Origin: Prorocentrum cordatum
Lineage: Eukaryota
Length of the DNA: 64,000 bases
NCBI GenBank assembly: GCA_963575745.1
Contig: CAUYUJ010000282.1
Coordinates: 1-64,000 of the forward strand
Direction of reading: 5' to 3'
Positions 14,037 to 27,840 of this stretch are shown in pieces. Below the pieces are notes generated by a model. It was not told the DNA's origin, did no database searches, and was given only the letters and a program-made list of their open reading frames with translations. Both the position numbers and the translations under genes were made by a program. How positions within the stretch are numbered: position 1 is the first letter of the stretch; each line of letters begins with the position of its first letter.

Positions 14037-14214
14037 ATGGAGTGGGGCGGGGGTAACGCATACTGGCCCCGCGGAGGAGGGCGACAATGGGATCCAGGTC
14101 GAGTCGAGCGCAGGTTTCACCGTCGGCGACACCATTCTAATAGGGGACTGGACCGCGCCCTCAACCGAGAGCAAGAGGATCCAGCTACGCTGCCGCGCGT
14201 GTCCGCCACCGCGC

Positions 14215-14332
14215 TGTGTGTGTGTGTAAGTGTGTGTGTGTATGTCTATGTGTGTGTGAGAGTGTGTGTAAGTGTGTGTGTGTGTGTATGTGTGTGTGTG
14301 AGAGTGTGTGTATGTGTGTGTGTGTGTGTGTG
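14215..14332 (+). repeat. (TG)n microsatellite; a second tract lies at 15246-15402
   Basis: Direct reading. Confidence 0.9.
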
Positions 14333-15616
14333 GGTTGGACGCCGTGTCGCCGCTGCGCGCGGGGCCGCGACGCGAAAACGTGTGCGTGTGCGTGATCACG
14401 ACCATGTTCATGACAACGACGACGACGACGAAGGCGAAGGCGATGAGTGCGATGCTGGCATCCGAGACGAGCCTCGCGGCGCTCTTGCTCGCCGAGCCCG
14501 TGGGGGTGATCCGTTGGGAGGTCGAAGCTGCAATTCCGCTGCGCGTGCCGAGCTCCGCGGAAGCGCAGGACGGGGAGGGTGGGAGAACGGGGATATGGAG
14601 GACGAACGTCACGAGAAGGAGACTGCCGAGAGCCAGGCGGAGGGGGAGGGAGGTGGAGGAGGAGGGCGAGGAGGAGGGCGAGGAGGAGGGCGAGGAGGAG
14701 GACGAGGAGGAGGACGAGGAGGAGGAACAGTTGAGATCTGGTCCTCGGGCCACAGCGCGGGCCTCTGGCGGCCGTGCGGGACGTTGCTGGCACGGCTGGA
14801 ACGGAGTGGTAACAAGGCCGTTCCAGGGGTGGAAACCACATCCTGGACGGAGTCGCCACAGATCCTGGACGATTCTGGGATGAGGCATATCATCTGTTCC
14901 ATCCCATATCCGTTGCCGACGACAGCCCGACCCCCTGGCGCGCCTGACTGATCCTGTCGTCGTTTCTATCTTCTTGAGGTTTTCCATTCCTTTTGGCTCC
15001 TGGACCGATCCTCCGGCAACTCGGGGCCCTCTGGAACCGTTTTGGGGGTTTGGGGGGCTTTCTTGGGCTGCCTTGGGACACGCTAGCCCCCCATGATGCG
15101 TTCGTCCCAAGCTGGGGGTAAGTCAAATTCCCAGTGTGGGAGCCAGGGGGGATAATGGGGGGGAAACATCTCACACGCCTAGAGGCCCACAAGGGTTCGG
15201 TGGACTTTGTACGCCTCGTCGCTGCGCGCGAGGCCGCGGCGCAAATGTGTGTGTGTGTGTGTGTATGTGTGCGTGCGTGCGTGTGTGTGTGTGTGTGTGT
15301 GTGAGTGTGTGCGCGTGTGAATGTATGTGTGTTTGAATGTGTGTGTGAATGCGTGTGTGTATGTGTGTGTATGTGAATGTGTGTGTGTGTGTGTTTGTGT
15401 GTGATCGGGTATTGTAGTGGCCTCCGGCCAGTGCCGCCGATCCGGGGTGCTACCGGTTCTGCTTGCAACGGATGGTTTTTTCTGTTTAGTCGTAGAGACT
15501 CGCTCGAGACATCTTCATAAGATAGAGATGTTGAACTCGCTCGGCAACCTTCGGATATTCGAAAGTGACGATCTCGCGTGAACAGCCAAACTCATGGGAT
15601 GTCCCCTCCCACCTCT

Positions 15617-16400
15617 GGGCCTGAATGGCGGCAGCCAAGGCGTCAGCCCCCGCCCCCGCCCCGACTCCTCCGTCCCGGGCGTGAATGGCGTCAGCCAAAG
15701 CGTCGGCCCTCCCCCCCCTCTCCTCTCCCGGGCTTGAATGGCGTCAGCCATGGCGTCAGTCCCCCCCAACAGAGTGAAGCTTGAGCGAGCTCCCCCCCCT
15801 CCTCCCGACTGCTCCCTCCCGGGCCTGAATGGCGTCAGCCATGGCGTTACCTCCCCCCCCCCTCCCCTCTCCCGGGCCTGATCGGCGTCAGCTATGGTGT
15901 CAGCCCCCTCCCCCCCCGACAGAGCGAAGCTTGAGCGAGCTGCCCCCCCTCTCCCCCCCCCCCCGGACTGAATGGCGTCAGCCATGGCGTCAGCCCCCCC
16001 CCCCCTCCCCCCCTCCTCCCGGGCCTGAATCTCCCCCCCCCCCCCTCCTCCTGGGCCCGAATGGCGTCAGCGATGGCGCCTCCCCCCCCGACAGAGCGAA
16101 GCTTGAGCGAGTCCCCCCCCCTCCCCCTCCCCCCCCCCCCCCGACATCCTCCTCCCGGGCCCTTCCCCCTCCCTCCTCCTCTTCCCCTCCTCCCCCCTCC
16201 CGGGCCTGACTGAATGACGTCAGCCCCTTCTCCCCCCCTCCTCCCTCCCGGCCCTGAATGGCGTCAGCTATGGCGTCAGCTCCCCCCCCCCCCGACAGAG
16301 CGAAGCTTGAGCGAGCTCCCCGCCCCCCTCCCCCTGCCTGGGCCTGAATGGCGTCAGCCATGGCGTCAGTCCACCCCCGACAGAGCGAAATTTGAGCGAC
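15617..16400 (+). repeat. Minisatellite of GGGCCTGAATGGCGTCAGCCATGGCGTCAG and GACAGAGCGAAGCTTGAGCGAG modules separated by C-runs
   Basis: About 10 copies of the first module and 5 of the second. Confidence 0.9.
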
Positions 16401-16629
16401 CTCAAGTCCACGCTCTCAGAAACTCACGCTGGATCGAATGTGTGTGTTGGGGTATTTCGTGAGAGCGCCGCTCTGCCAAAAGCCCGCCGCGCGGCCTGGG
16501 ACTCCGGCGCGCGACGCCGCACGTGCACCCTGCCGAGGTATAAGTGCCTGCTGTGGGGGCCCAAGGCGGGGCTGGGGCCAGATCCTCCTCCTCCTCCTCC
16601 TCCTCCGCCTCCTCCTCCTCCTCCTCCTC

Positions 16630-19600
16630 TCAAGTTCCTCGGGGCCCGACCCATTTTGGCGGGGTCACCAGGGACTCCTCGCCACTTCCGCGTAGGGTTT
16701 GGGGGGCAACGCGCAGCCCGCGCCGCCAGGCCGTGCAGTGGGCGATCGAAGCGTTGGCGAAGAGGGAGGAGGACACCATGGGCTAATGTCGGAAGCGAGC
16801 ACAACGCATACACCAAGTGCTCCAACTGCGGGCGCTCAGAGTACAATCGCATCCTGGAGGCCTACCAGAACAAGTGCAGGTGCGGCAAGGTGCTGAAGCT
16901 ATTCAAGCCGAAGGCCCCTCCCGCGCAGGACGCCTTGGACTGGGATTGGAGCAAGGGTAAGGGCAGCTGCGAAGGCAAAGACAAGTACAAGGCCGACGCC
17001 CCCATCCCAAGCGAATATTTCACAGATGCAGGTGGTGCTGGCCCAGATGAGCGCGTACACTTCGGACTTGAGTGCGAAGCAGGCCCTCATGATTCAGTCT
17101 CAGACACCTTTCGCAGCCGGCGATGACCAGCCCTATCACCGCTGAGGAAGAGGTTCGGGAGGCACCCGGTGCTTGGAAAGACGCCAACATGCGCCATGAC
17201 CAGGCACAGAATCAAGTTGTTAGACTTCGAGACCAACTTGCACGCGCTGAAGAAAAAGAAGCGCATTTCGCACGGGAGTTGGCAGTAGCAGAGTTTCGGA
17301 AGAAGGAGGCCGCCAAGCGTCTGGGCCTCGAGGTGGGTGTCGAGCCAAAGCCGTCATAGCCCAGCAACGCGACACATAACTGGGGGGTGGTATACGACAA
17401 AGAATTCTTTGACAAAGTTGATGGCTATGAAAGCGACGAAGAAGAGAACAAAAAAACATATTGTCCAGTTGATGGCACAGCTAGAGAGCGCCAACCAAGC
17501 CATCGAGACCAACGGGGGCGAGATCGGGCGCTGGAAGTCCCAGGTGTCGGAGCTGAAGACAAAGGCGCAGGATCGGCTGGCCAAGAAACGCAAGGGTCAA
17601 GACGGCGCGGCACAAGCCGCAGCATCGACGGCGACGGGTTCGGCACCTTCGGCATCCCTTTTTCCACTGCAGTCTTCAAGGGCCCCCAGCGATGAGGAGC
17701 TCACGGAGGAAGCGAGGAAGATCTCTGACCAGAAGTTTGCGGAGAAGGCAAAGGAGCGAGCTGCGCGCGCTGCTGCTGCTGAGGCGGCAGCGAAGGCAGC
17801 TGGCGACGAATGAAGCCAGACCCCTGGCAGCGACGAGACCGCCGCTGCCACCGGGGACATCTTCTGCGGCAGTATTGCACAGTGAGGGCCGACTGCAGAG
17901 CAGTGGATTGAGAACTCTCTTCCCCGTGATAAGTGTCATGGATATGCGTTCCAAGAAACCCTGCGATTGGACGAGCTTGCAGCAAAGGGGCGAGAGATGA
18001 GTGGATTGGGACTCAAGATGTGCTTCAGCGCCGCGTTGCAGTCCGTCTCTTCGAGCAAGGGCGCTCATGGGGGAGTGCGCATCGGGGCTCGGGGTCGTTT
18101 TCAAACTTCCACCTTTCGTGAGCTCGCGGAACCAGGCTGGGCATCCGCAGCTGCAGCTAGCCCGAGCCCAGGCATGGGCGTTCTCAGTTTGCGCGACTGG
18201 GCCCCCATGGTTTGGCACATGAAAGGCTATAGCATCGTCGTCATCAGCGCATACTTCGACCATGGCACTTCCCTGCGGTCTGGAGCTAACGCGCGGAATC
18301 TGGGTAGCGTCGGCAGCTCCCTGAAGACTGCGCAGTGCCCATGGGTGCTCGAGGGCGACTACAACGTTTCACCGTCAGACTTCTGGCGCTCTGGTCGGCC
18401 GAGCAGCATTTATTGCGAGCGTGCCAGAGGCGGGCTTCACGCGCGCGAAGAAGGGCTGCAGGCCCTCGATCATCGACTTCGCCGTGGTGGGCCCGCATGC
18501 GATCCCGCGCGTTGTCTGCGCATACGCGGTGGCCGACGCACCCGGGGGGGCCTCGTTTGGGACAGGTCAACAGCCTCAAGGGCGCGGCGAAGTTCTGTTG
18601 GGCCAGGCAGCTCGAGATGCCGGGGCCCTGCGTCCACCCGCCCAGGCCTAAAAAGGCCCGGAACCACGACAGTAAAAGACAAAGCGAGCCCCTGGAACGG
18701 CGGGAGCAAAACCAACATGGGGCCACTGTAGGGCCCACAGGAACTGCTTGCCTCTCAGACCAGGAATCCCAGGCAAAGTTGGACGACCTCATGAGCCGCA
18801 GGTGGGAGGCCCTCCGCCCGTTCGGCTGGGGGCAGACACCCTCGAACCTCGGCCAGGCGAATGGCGACGGCGACTTCTTTGCCATGGCCGACCAAGGCCC
18901 CGACGCAGAGCATCTGGAATATTTCCGCTTAAGCCCCCTGAGCCTGCGCATGGCTAGTTAAGCCAGCTCGCTCAGGACGCGCCGGGTGCGACAATCGACG
19001 CGAGGGCCGTGAACGGCCTGCGGCAGCCGATTTCGGCGCCCAGCAACATGACCGTCGACGAGGCGCCTGGCTGCGTCAAGCAGAGCATCAGCGACCGGGC
19101 GATCCCGAGGCAGGCAGACGCATTTGACGCGCGATGCGCGCACGTGATGGATTGCGTTGAAAGGTTATATTGCGCGGCCTACAATATCGCCGAAGAAGAG
19201 AAGCCCAAATCCGCTGGCCGACGGGAAGGCCTACCGACACAAGTGGGCCAAGGGAGTTCTACGCGGACTTCGGCGACCTCGCCGCGCTGACAAACATGCT
19301 GAGCGGTGGGCGCGCGCCGCGACGGCGCCCGGCCACTTCGACGCCTTGTTGGCAAGGAAAAGTGGAGAACAGCAGAGACCCGCAATCATCATCAGTTGCC
19401 GTCGGGTGGCGAACGAGGGTATCCCACCTGCTGGACGTCTCGAATCGGCAGCGGCAGCTCTGAATCTCTCTGGAAGAATAGATTCTCCGACATCGGCGCC
19501 CTCGGCCACGACGTGATCAAGGGTATGATGAAGCAGGCGCACGACGAAGCATCTTGGATTCTTAGACGTGATATAAAAGCCAGCGGTCGCATCTATGCCC

Positions 19601-22600
19601 AGTGGGTAGCCTCAGGATGCGACAGTGAGCCTGGCGTACTTCACGTGATCACCAAAGACAGTGTACAGCACGAAGATGACTATATAGCTGATGGTGGCAA
19701 AGCGGATACACCCACGGACATCATCGACGCCAAAGCCATCATTTTCAGAAATATTTGGACCAGGCACGCGGACAGCAGCGAGAACATCATCGACGTGGTT
19801 AGCGACCTCCGTGAGAAGGCACTTCTACAGACGGCCCTGGCATGGACCTTGGACGACTTGGATCGAGCTTCGCAGGGTGCACCCGAAGGACCCGACAAGA
19901 TGGCGATGATTGACGCGAGGCGCCTTCCTGTTCGGGGACGCACTGCTCTTGTGGATATGTTGAATTGTTGCGAAGACCTTCTGGGCTGGCCATGGCAATG
20001 TACGCTGGCTTCGGTGATGCTGCAGCCTAAACCTAAAGGGGATCGAGCCTTGCCATTCATCACGTGGTTCTGTCGCTGTTGGGAAGTGCTGAATCGGCAA
20101 CGGATACGTGAGTGGGTGCTGGGAATGCAGGACAAGTGGGGTGTGGCAGTGTCAGCCAACTTATGCCTGCGCGAAGCGATGGCGCGAGTTATATCTGACG
20201 AGATTGCACGCGAACTCCATTTACATTGAACGCTTCTACGACACACAATCGGCTATTGTGCAGCGGGGAAGGCGGCGTCCAAGTACGGCTTCCCTCTTCG
20301 CACCCTCGCCGCGGCCCTCTTGGTGCACACGACCGCGAGCATATTGCGACAGAGTGGGGCATTCAGTGAGCCGATCTTGGGCGCGCAGTCGTTACTTGCT
20401 GGTTCCCGTCGCTCTGATAATCTTGCTCGTGCAGTTGTTTGTGTTGTGCCCGATGGGGCTGTCTTTATCTTCCCCCAAGTGCACGCCGCGCGCGTGGTTT
20501 GAGGACCTCAGCATCCAGTGCGTCGGGAGCCGCGAGAAGCTCCCCGATCTTGGTCTCGGCTACCCACAAAGTCTTTCTTGAGCTGGAACAGCAGAACCTG
20601 GTCATAGCGGATGAGTCTGCGTTCTTCGCCAGTTGCCCGAAGCTGGCTCATATTATCACGGACAGGCTAGAGGCGCTGCAAGTACCGATCAGGAAGACGG
20701 CGGAGGGCAGGGGCTTAGGCGTGGACCGCAGAGGCGAAACTACGACACGGTGTGGCACTCACCAGAAACGACGGAAAGCAGCTGCACGACGTCTTGGACG
20801 CATCGCCACCAAGCGTCAGCCTGTACCTTGCAGGCAGCGGAAGCAATTCTCCAACCAGGGACCGATGGCATCGGCCACCAATAACCACCGAGTGCATGGA
20901 GCCTCGCCCTCGGAGGTCTTGAAGATTAGGCAGCAATATGCGAAAGCTATTCGGAGACCCTGGGCGGGCAGATGCTTAACCGCACTCTTGGAATTGAAAG
21001 GAGACGACCCTGGAGTAGCCACACCTAAGCTGCAGGTGCATTCTTGGTTCGATATGTGGGCTAAGAGGCCTGACTTTCGCAGCGTCATTATCAAGGTGTG
21101 GCCCAACATTCGTCAAAGACTCGGACACGGCTCCTCGATATCGCTGGCCGCAAAAACGCGGCGCTATCGGCTGTGTGATTCTTACTTTGTGGGAATGTGG
21201 TTGGGGCGGCATTGTTGCAGACGCGTGGGTGGACGCTGAGGGCAGCACTTGGGCATTCACGGACCCCGAGCAGGCCGGCGACCCCGCCACCTTGATCGAC
21301 ACTTTGGTTTCTGATATCAAACTCACGCAGTGGAAGAAAGCAGCGCAGCAATGCCATGGACTTGGGCGTGAACACGGCGTGGACAATATTGACCTGCGGA
21401 GGCGGCTTCGTTCGCTGATGAACCAATGCCGCCGCGCGGAGCGCGGGGCCCTACCTGCAGCAGCTTGCGCAGGCACCTGGTCAGGCAAGCGGATATCCAA
21501 TGCAGGGGGCAAGGGGGGCCTGTGCAGCTGCGGACGCGAGGGGGGTGAGTGCCACAGGATCTGGGGACAGTGCCAGGTGCGGGAAAGTGAGCCAGCGCAC
21601 GGGAAGTCGAGCTATCTTCAACGACGTGCTGACGACCTGTATGAGACCATCCCAGCCTTTTGGTTACGAGGCCTCACTCCGAGGAAATGGACCTGCCCTG
21701 ACCCGTGCGAGACGACCGACTGCGAGACAGCCATGGGGGAGCGCATCGGCGCCAACAGGATTTACTCCCCTAGCAGCGACCCCTTGGTCATCTATGGCGA
21801 CGGCAGCGGCTGCGAAGGGTCAGGAGATTAACGTTAGCGGCTGGGCTTGGATTAGACTCGGCCTCAACCAGCACGGCGAGTACGTCATGCGCGCGGGCAA
21901 GAGGCGTCCACTCCCTGGCCCGCGCCAAACCAAAAACCGCGCGGAGTTGTGGGCATTCTACGCTGCTTGAAGGGAACCGATGGACCGATGCGGACCGACT
22001 CGGGATACCTCATGGCGGGATGGAGGATTGCAGGACACACGCGGGCTGCTAACAAGGGTACGAATTCAGATTTATGGAGATTTATTGGCATCGAGCTGGA
22101 CAAACCGTTCGGGACCAGTGGAATTATTTTAGACTGAAAGTCATCTCTTGATCGAAGAAGCTAAGAGACGTGGATGACCGAAGCGTGCGTGGGCTGGCAA
22201 CTCCATAGCTGACAGATCAGCAGACCAGGCAGCAGCGGACCACAGCACACCTCAAGCACAGTTGGATTGCTATGATTGGATCAGAGCGGGTCCGTTTGTG
22301 GCCAGGGACAGAATCTGCCAGGCTACCCACGGTGCTTTCGAACGCCGACCTCCATGTCATGCAGATAGGAAGCGACAGCGAGAAGACGAGAAAGCAGATG
22401 CGCCGGCGGCCAAGCCAGTGCTGATCCCGATCAAAGACCTGGTCCCTAAGTGCAGCCACGACATAGACAAGGACGGGAGGCAGGCGAGATGGACGTGCAG
22501 GGGTTGCCGGCAATCTATTCCCAAGGCAGGCTCCAAGACGCTCGCCAGGAGTTGGCCGAACACGACTTGCCAGCGCACAGCTCTATCGACCAGACCTCGT

Positions 22601-23391
22601 CGCGAGATTCTTGTCGGTGGCCAGTTTTCTCATCGCACCCACCCAGTGTTGTTCAGCTGTCAGGAGAATAATTGGTTATCTTTACTCTGCGTTGCACGAG
22701 CTTGCCCTGGACAGCACGTTTTTGTTGGCAAGCACTTGATCGAGGAATGTAGCAACTCACCAAACTGCGCTTCTGGCAAGCACCTCCTGTCGAAGTTGCT
22801 GACAACCGCAGGCTGGAATGGCTCGTGGACAAAACCTGCGGCGGACAGTGCGAATTGCCTTATCCAAAGAGTACGTGCCCCTCGCGACGAGCTGAACTCC
22901 GATGCGGTATTGGCTTCGATGGCGGCGGCATCTTCATCATGAACACCGAGCCCAGTGGCTCCATGTGGAGTGGGCAGTTGTGTCGACCGGGCCCACGGCT
23001 TTTTCCGTTAGAACGCAAGTCCTGATGCGTTCGGCGACCCCAGTGGTGCGTCGCGACGTTGGGCACGTTAGAATGCAAGTCCGGATAAGATCGGCGCCCT
23101 TTGGGGCGGCGCGACGTTGGGCTCACGTCGCCACACAGAGTCGCCACGTTTTGCTCTGGGTTATTGTATGGTGCTTCCAGAATGTTCGCTATCTGCATAC
23201 CACCACTTCCCGCTGCAATCTCGACTTCAGCTTCGACGTGCGAGCTCTGGGGGCTCTTTTCTTCTATGATGTGTATGCCGCCGTGGTCGTGGGCTGCTCC
23301 GAGGTGTTCGAGCTGCTCATCTAGGTCTGCGCGGCGCGAGCGGGGCCCGTCCGAACGGGGCCCGAGCGACACCGTCGCTGCCTGCGTCCTG
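16630..23391 (+). mobile_element. Near full-length decayed LINE: ORF1 (Cys motif + coiled coil) and ORF2 (APE-RT-RNase H)
   Basis: ORF1 ~16770-17813: CSNCGRS...KCRCGK and coiled-coil segments. ORF2: VISAYF, WVLEGDYNV, IIDFAVV (APE); GPDK, LQPKPKGDRAL, FYDT, SLLAGS, WFEDL (RT); IYGDGS, QTKNRAELWA, RTDSGY, NSDLW, GNSIADR (RNase H). Bounded by (CCT)n at 16584-16629 and 23392-23492. Confidence 0.88.
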
Positions 23392-24156
23392 CCTCCTCCT
23401 CCTCCTCCTCCTCCTCCTCCTCCTCCTCCTCCTCCTCCTCCTCCTCAGGCTTCGTTCACTCCTCCTCCTCCTCCTCCTCCTCCTCCCCCTCCTGGGCTGC
23501 AGGGGCCCAAGACGGGGCTGGAGCCCGAGTTGTTCCCCAATCAGTGCTTGTACTGAAGGGGTCCTAGCGGATATCGACAGATTTGGCGAAAGTGTCCCGC
23601 CGATTTTGGTGGCCGGCTGGGTTCCCGGGTTGCTGGTTCTGGTTTTGGGTCGATTTCGGTGGGTTCCGGGTTCCCGGGTTTTTTGTCGATCTCTTTGTCG
23701 AAAGCCATATATTGATTGTTTTTTTTCCTCTGGTGTATTTGATGGCTCCGGTCCAAGGAGTGGGGGCATGCTGGCCTCTTCCGCGGCGGGTGCTATTCGA
23801 CAGCTGCTTCGCAATGGGCGAACAACAACAAGTCAGTCCGACACGCACCAGCCGTGGCACACAGCGGCGGCGGATCGTGGATGTCACGTCCGCTCCTTCT
23901 TCGTCTTCTCGGCGGCTCAGGGACGTCACGTCCCTCGGCTCTTACGGGACAGGGAACCCGAACCAAGCATAGTTTGACATACCCCCCCTACTGGGACGGC
24001 GTTGGTCCTGCTGTTCGCCCCCTCCATTGTGGACCGATGATCCCAGGTCGGGTGTTCCCCTCAAGATGGGATGGGCCCCCGTGTTCCACCGCCCCCCCCC
24101 AGATGGGATGGGGGGGGGCGAGGACACCGACGCCGCCGCCGCCGCCGCCGCCGACC

Positions 24157-24191
<35 letters not shown>

Positions 24192-24242
24192 GACGATGAC
24201 GACGACGACGACGGCGGTGGCGGCGACGACGACGACGACGAC

Positions 24243-24275
<33 letters not shown>

Positions 24276-24487
24276 TCTCATGCTCCCTGAAGCGCCCTCG
24301 CCCGCCATAACCGCAGGCGACGACTGCTCGTTCAGTCGTCGTAGCCGTCTGCACGCATCCCACCCCGTGGACGTGGCTGACCCTCTCACCACGGGCTCTG
24401 GGCACACCCGTGGCGAGGCCAAAGCCCAGGGTGCTTGGGGAACGAATTCCGCATAGGCCTGCGACCTTGGTCTCATCATCCCGTCGG

Positions 24488-24667
24488 TATCGTTTCACCG
24501 ATCCCCATCCCCATCCATCCCTTTCGAGACCCCCACCGAATTACCACCCCAGTTGGGGATACACCCCTCGAAACCCGAAGGGAGCGACCTATATCCCCAT
24601 CTAGGGGGGTAAGTCAGCCAGTGGGGCCCAGGCCACGCCGCTGGGGATGGGGATCGGTTAAACGATA
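24488..24667. mobile_element. MITE-like element with terminal inverted repeats and probable TA target-site duplication
   Basis: gtatcgtttcaccgatccccatcccca (24487-24513) versus tggggatggggatcggttaaacgatac (24642-24668): 26/27 complementary, with TA at both ends. Confidence 0.75.
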
Positions 24668-25181
24668 CGCATCTCAGAAAGTTCTCGGCGAAAGCAGCGG
24701 GGCGTCCACTCTCCGCCACGCCAGGCCCACAGGGCCACGACCACAGGGGGGGGGGCGGGGGGAAGCAGCGGCACGCCCACCGCCCACCTTCCACCACGCC
24801 ATGGAAAAAGCGCCGCGACCACAGGGGGGAGGGGTCCCAGGGGCAGTGATCCCATTCTCAAGGCCTTCGCGAGTCTCACGGGCGTACCCGTCCAGGCGGG
24901 GGTCGATCCGATCTGCATCGGGGATGGAGGCAACCCTGGATCATAGATGCCCTCTCCGTCGGGTTTCGCGGCGTCTATCCCCGCCTGCAGGGAAGGCTGG
25001 TGGCGCTCAGGTGCCCTCCCAATTCGGGACGGGGAAATCCAATGCCGATGCTGGCGAATCAGACCAAGCAGGAGGGAGTTCCCCTGGGTCCCTGATCCCC
25101 CCCCCTCTCGAAAAGAGATGCCTCGCCCAGCCCTGGTCGCCCCCTCTGCCTTGGCGTGCCCAGGGTCTCCCTCCCCCTCAG

Positions 25182-25295
25182 GCTCCCTCGCCCTCGACTC
25201 GGGGCTCGTGTACAGGCACCCCAAGGGCGCCCCGGTCAGCAAGATCGAGGCCCGCGCGGTCAACTCCACGCTCCAGTGGAGCCCGGCGGCGCGTC
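25182..25295 (+). CDS. Possible isolated exon of an unknown host gene
   Basis: Pyrimidine tract + cag|G, then GC3-rich frame GSLALDSGLVYRHPKGAPVSKIEARAVNSTLQWSPAAR; the donor position is uncertain. Confidence 0.3.
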
Positions 25296-26579
25296 AGTGG
25301 GGGCCTCGCGCGTCGTAGGCCTTCGCCCGTTCCGGGCACTCCGGGGGGGGGGGGCTCGTGGCCACGGCCCGACGCAGCTCGAGGGCACGGGCCAGGACGC
25401 ACCCCGGGGAGGGATCCAGAGGGCCCGTGTTGGCCGGGTTTCGGTCGAGGGGCGGGCGGAGGGGGGCGGCCTGCCAAGAGGGACGGCCACGGGGGGATCC
25501 CGCAGAAGCCGGCCTGGAAGCTTCCGGGCCCTGCTCTGAGGAGCCCCGCCCGCCAATGCCCTTCGCATAGAATCGGGGGTGGACAGAACCCCCAACAGCG
25601 ACACGTCGATCAGTGAATTGTTCGTTTTTGTTTCGGTTCTCGAGATGGCGCCGTGGCCGTTATTTGCCAGGCTTGCGCCCGCCAGGTTTGGGCCTCAGGC
25701 CGTATTCACAAAACCACGTTTTACTAGAGGGGGGTCTGTCCATCTCCGATAGAAGGGCGGCGCCACTTCTCAGAAGGCGGTGGCCCCTGCGCCAGCCCCG
25801 TGTGCGCGCGCCGCCAAGGAGGCTGCTGGACGCGAGTGCCGAGAGCATGACCGAGCCAGAGCGGAAGGACGTCGGCCTTCGGGGGGGCACGGCAGGCGCA
25901 GCCAAAGCGGCTGGGGCATCCCAGAGAAGGGCCTCGCCGTCGGCGGAAGCGGGCAGAAGGGCAACGGCCGACGGCAGAGGGCGGCAGAAATCTGGCGGAA
26001 GGCGGCGGGGGAAGGACGATACGTCGACTTTTTTGGATCCATGGTTCCTGGAGTCGGGCCGCTGCGCTCGGTGTCTGCTTCCGTGTGTGTTTTTTTTTTG
26101 GGGGGGGGAGAAGATGGAGGCACCGAAGAGATCAGCGCGCGCTTTGCTGCGCGCGTGCTGCTGCCCACCATCATGTAGCCTTCGACTGTAGCCTTCGAGG
26201 GAAGAAGGAGTGCGCATGCCTTGGTTTCGCTTTCGCCAGCGGTGCGGGAGGAAAAGAGAAACATGGAGAGACAAGGCAGCCGGGCCCCTGATCGATCTCC
26301 TCCTGGACGACGCGGGCCCCCAGGGCCCCTGAGCCCGTCCCCATCCCCAGGAGCGGTTTGGCACACCCCGAGTCGTTTTTGTCGACAGTCCCACGGCCAG
26401 GAGCGAGCTTCGAAGGGCAGGAGGTGGCGACATGCTTTTTGGTTTTGTGGCGGTGGGAGTGATCGCACCGCGGTCGAAGCGGCCACCAGGCTAGCACGAG
26501 CTCGAATTTCGCACAAGAAGGGGCGCGGGAGAAGGGGGACGAGGAAGGGGGACGAGGACGAAGGAGGGACGATGAGGGG

Positions 26580-27290
26580 CGAGGAGGAAGAGGGAGGAGG
26601 AGGAGGAGGAGGAGGAGGAGGAGGAGGAACGAGGAGGGAGGAGGAGGACGAGGAGAGGAGGAGGAGGAGGAGGAGGAGGAGGAGGAGGAGGAGGAGGAGG
26701 AGGAGGAGGAGGAGGAGGAGGAGGAGGAGGAGGAGGAGGAGGAGGAGGAGGAGGAGGAGGAGGAGGAGGGAGGAGGAGGAGGAGGAAGAGGAGGAGGGAG
26801 AGGAGGACGAGGAGGAGGAGGAGGAGGGACGAGGAAGAGGAGGAGGAGGAGGAGGAGGAGGAGGAGGAGAAGGATGAGGAGGAGGATGAGGAGGAGGAGG
26901 AGGAGGAGGAGGAGGAGGAGGAGGAGGAGGAGGAGGAGGAGGGAGGAGGGAGGAGGAGGAGGGAGGAGGAGGAGGAGGGAGGAGGAGGGAGGAGGAGGAG
27001 GAGGGGGAGGAGGAGGAGGGGGGAGGGAGGGAGGGGAGGGAGGGAGGGGGGAGGGAGGAGGAGGGAGGAGAAGGAGGAGGAGGAGGAAGAGGAGGGGAGG
27101 AGGAGGAGGAGGAGGAGGAGGAGGAGGAGAGGAGGAGGAGGAGGAGGAGGATAATAATACTAATAATACATATTAATAGCAATAATAATAGCACTAATAA
27201 GAATGATAATAATATCAGTCATAATCATACTACTAATAAGACTAATAATGATAATAATATTAATGATAATAACAATAATGATAATATCAA

Positions 27291-27349
<59 letters not shown>

Positions 27350-27676
27350 ATACTGATAATGATAATGCTCATACTATTAATACTAATAATGCTAATACTA
27401 CTAATAATAAGAAGAAGAAGAATAAGAGGAGGAGGAGGAGGAGGAGGAGGAGGAGGAACATAATAATAATACTAATAGTAATAATTATAATAATAATAAT
27501 AATAATACTAATAATACTAATAATTATACTAATAATAATAATACTAATAATATAATTAAGATAATAACAATCATAATACTACTAATAATAATGATAAGAG
27601 GAGGGGGAGGAGGAGGAGGAGGAGGAGGAGGAGGAGGAGGAGGAGGAGGAGGACCCCCCCCACACAACACACACAC

Positions 27677-27753
<77 letters not shown>

Positions 27754-27754
27754 A

Positions 27755-27807
<53 letters not shown>

Positions 27808-27840
27808 TACATACATACATACATACACACAGACACACAC
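26580..27840 (+). repeat. Compound microsatellite (GGA)n-(TAA)n-(CTA)n-(GGA)n-(TAA)n-(GGA)n-(GACA)n
   Basis: Direct reading. Confidence 0.95.

Noticed and set aside
16651..16660. ccattttggc as an SL relic at the LINE 5' end
   Set aside because: Only 10 nt match and the flanks disagree; the position is suggestive but insufficient.
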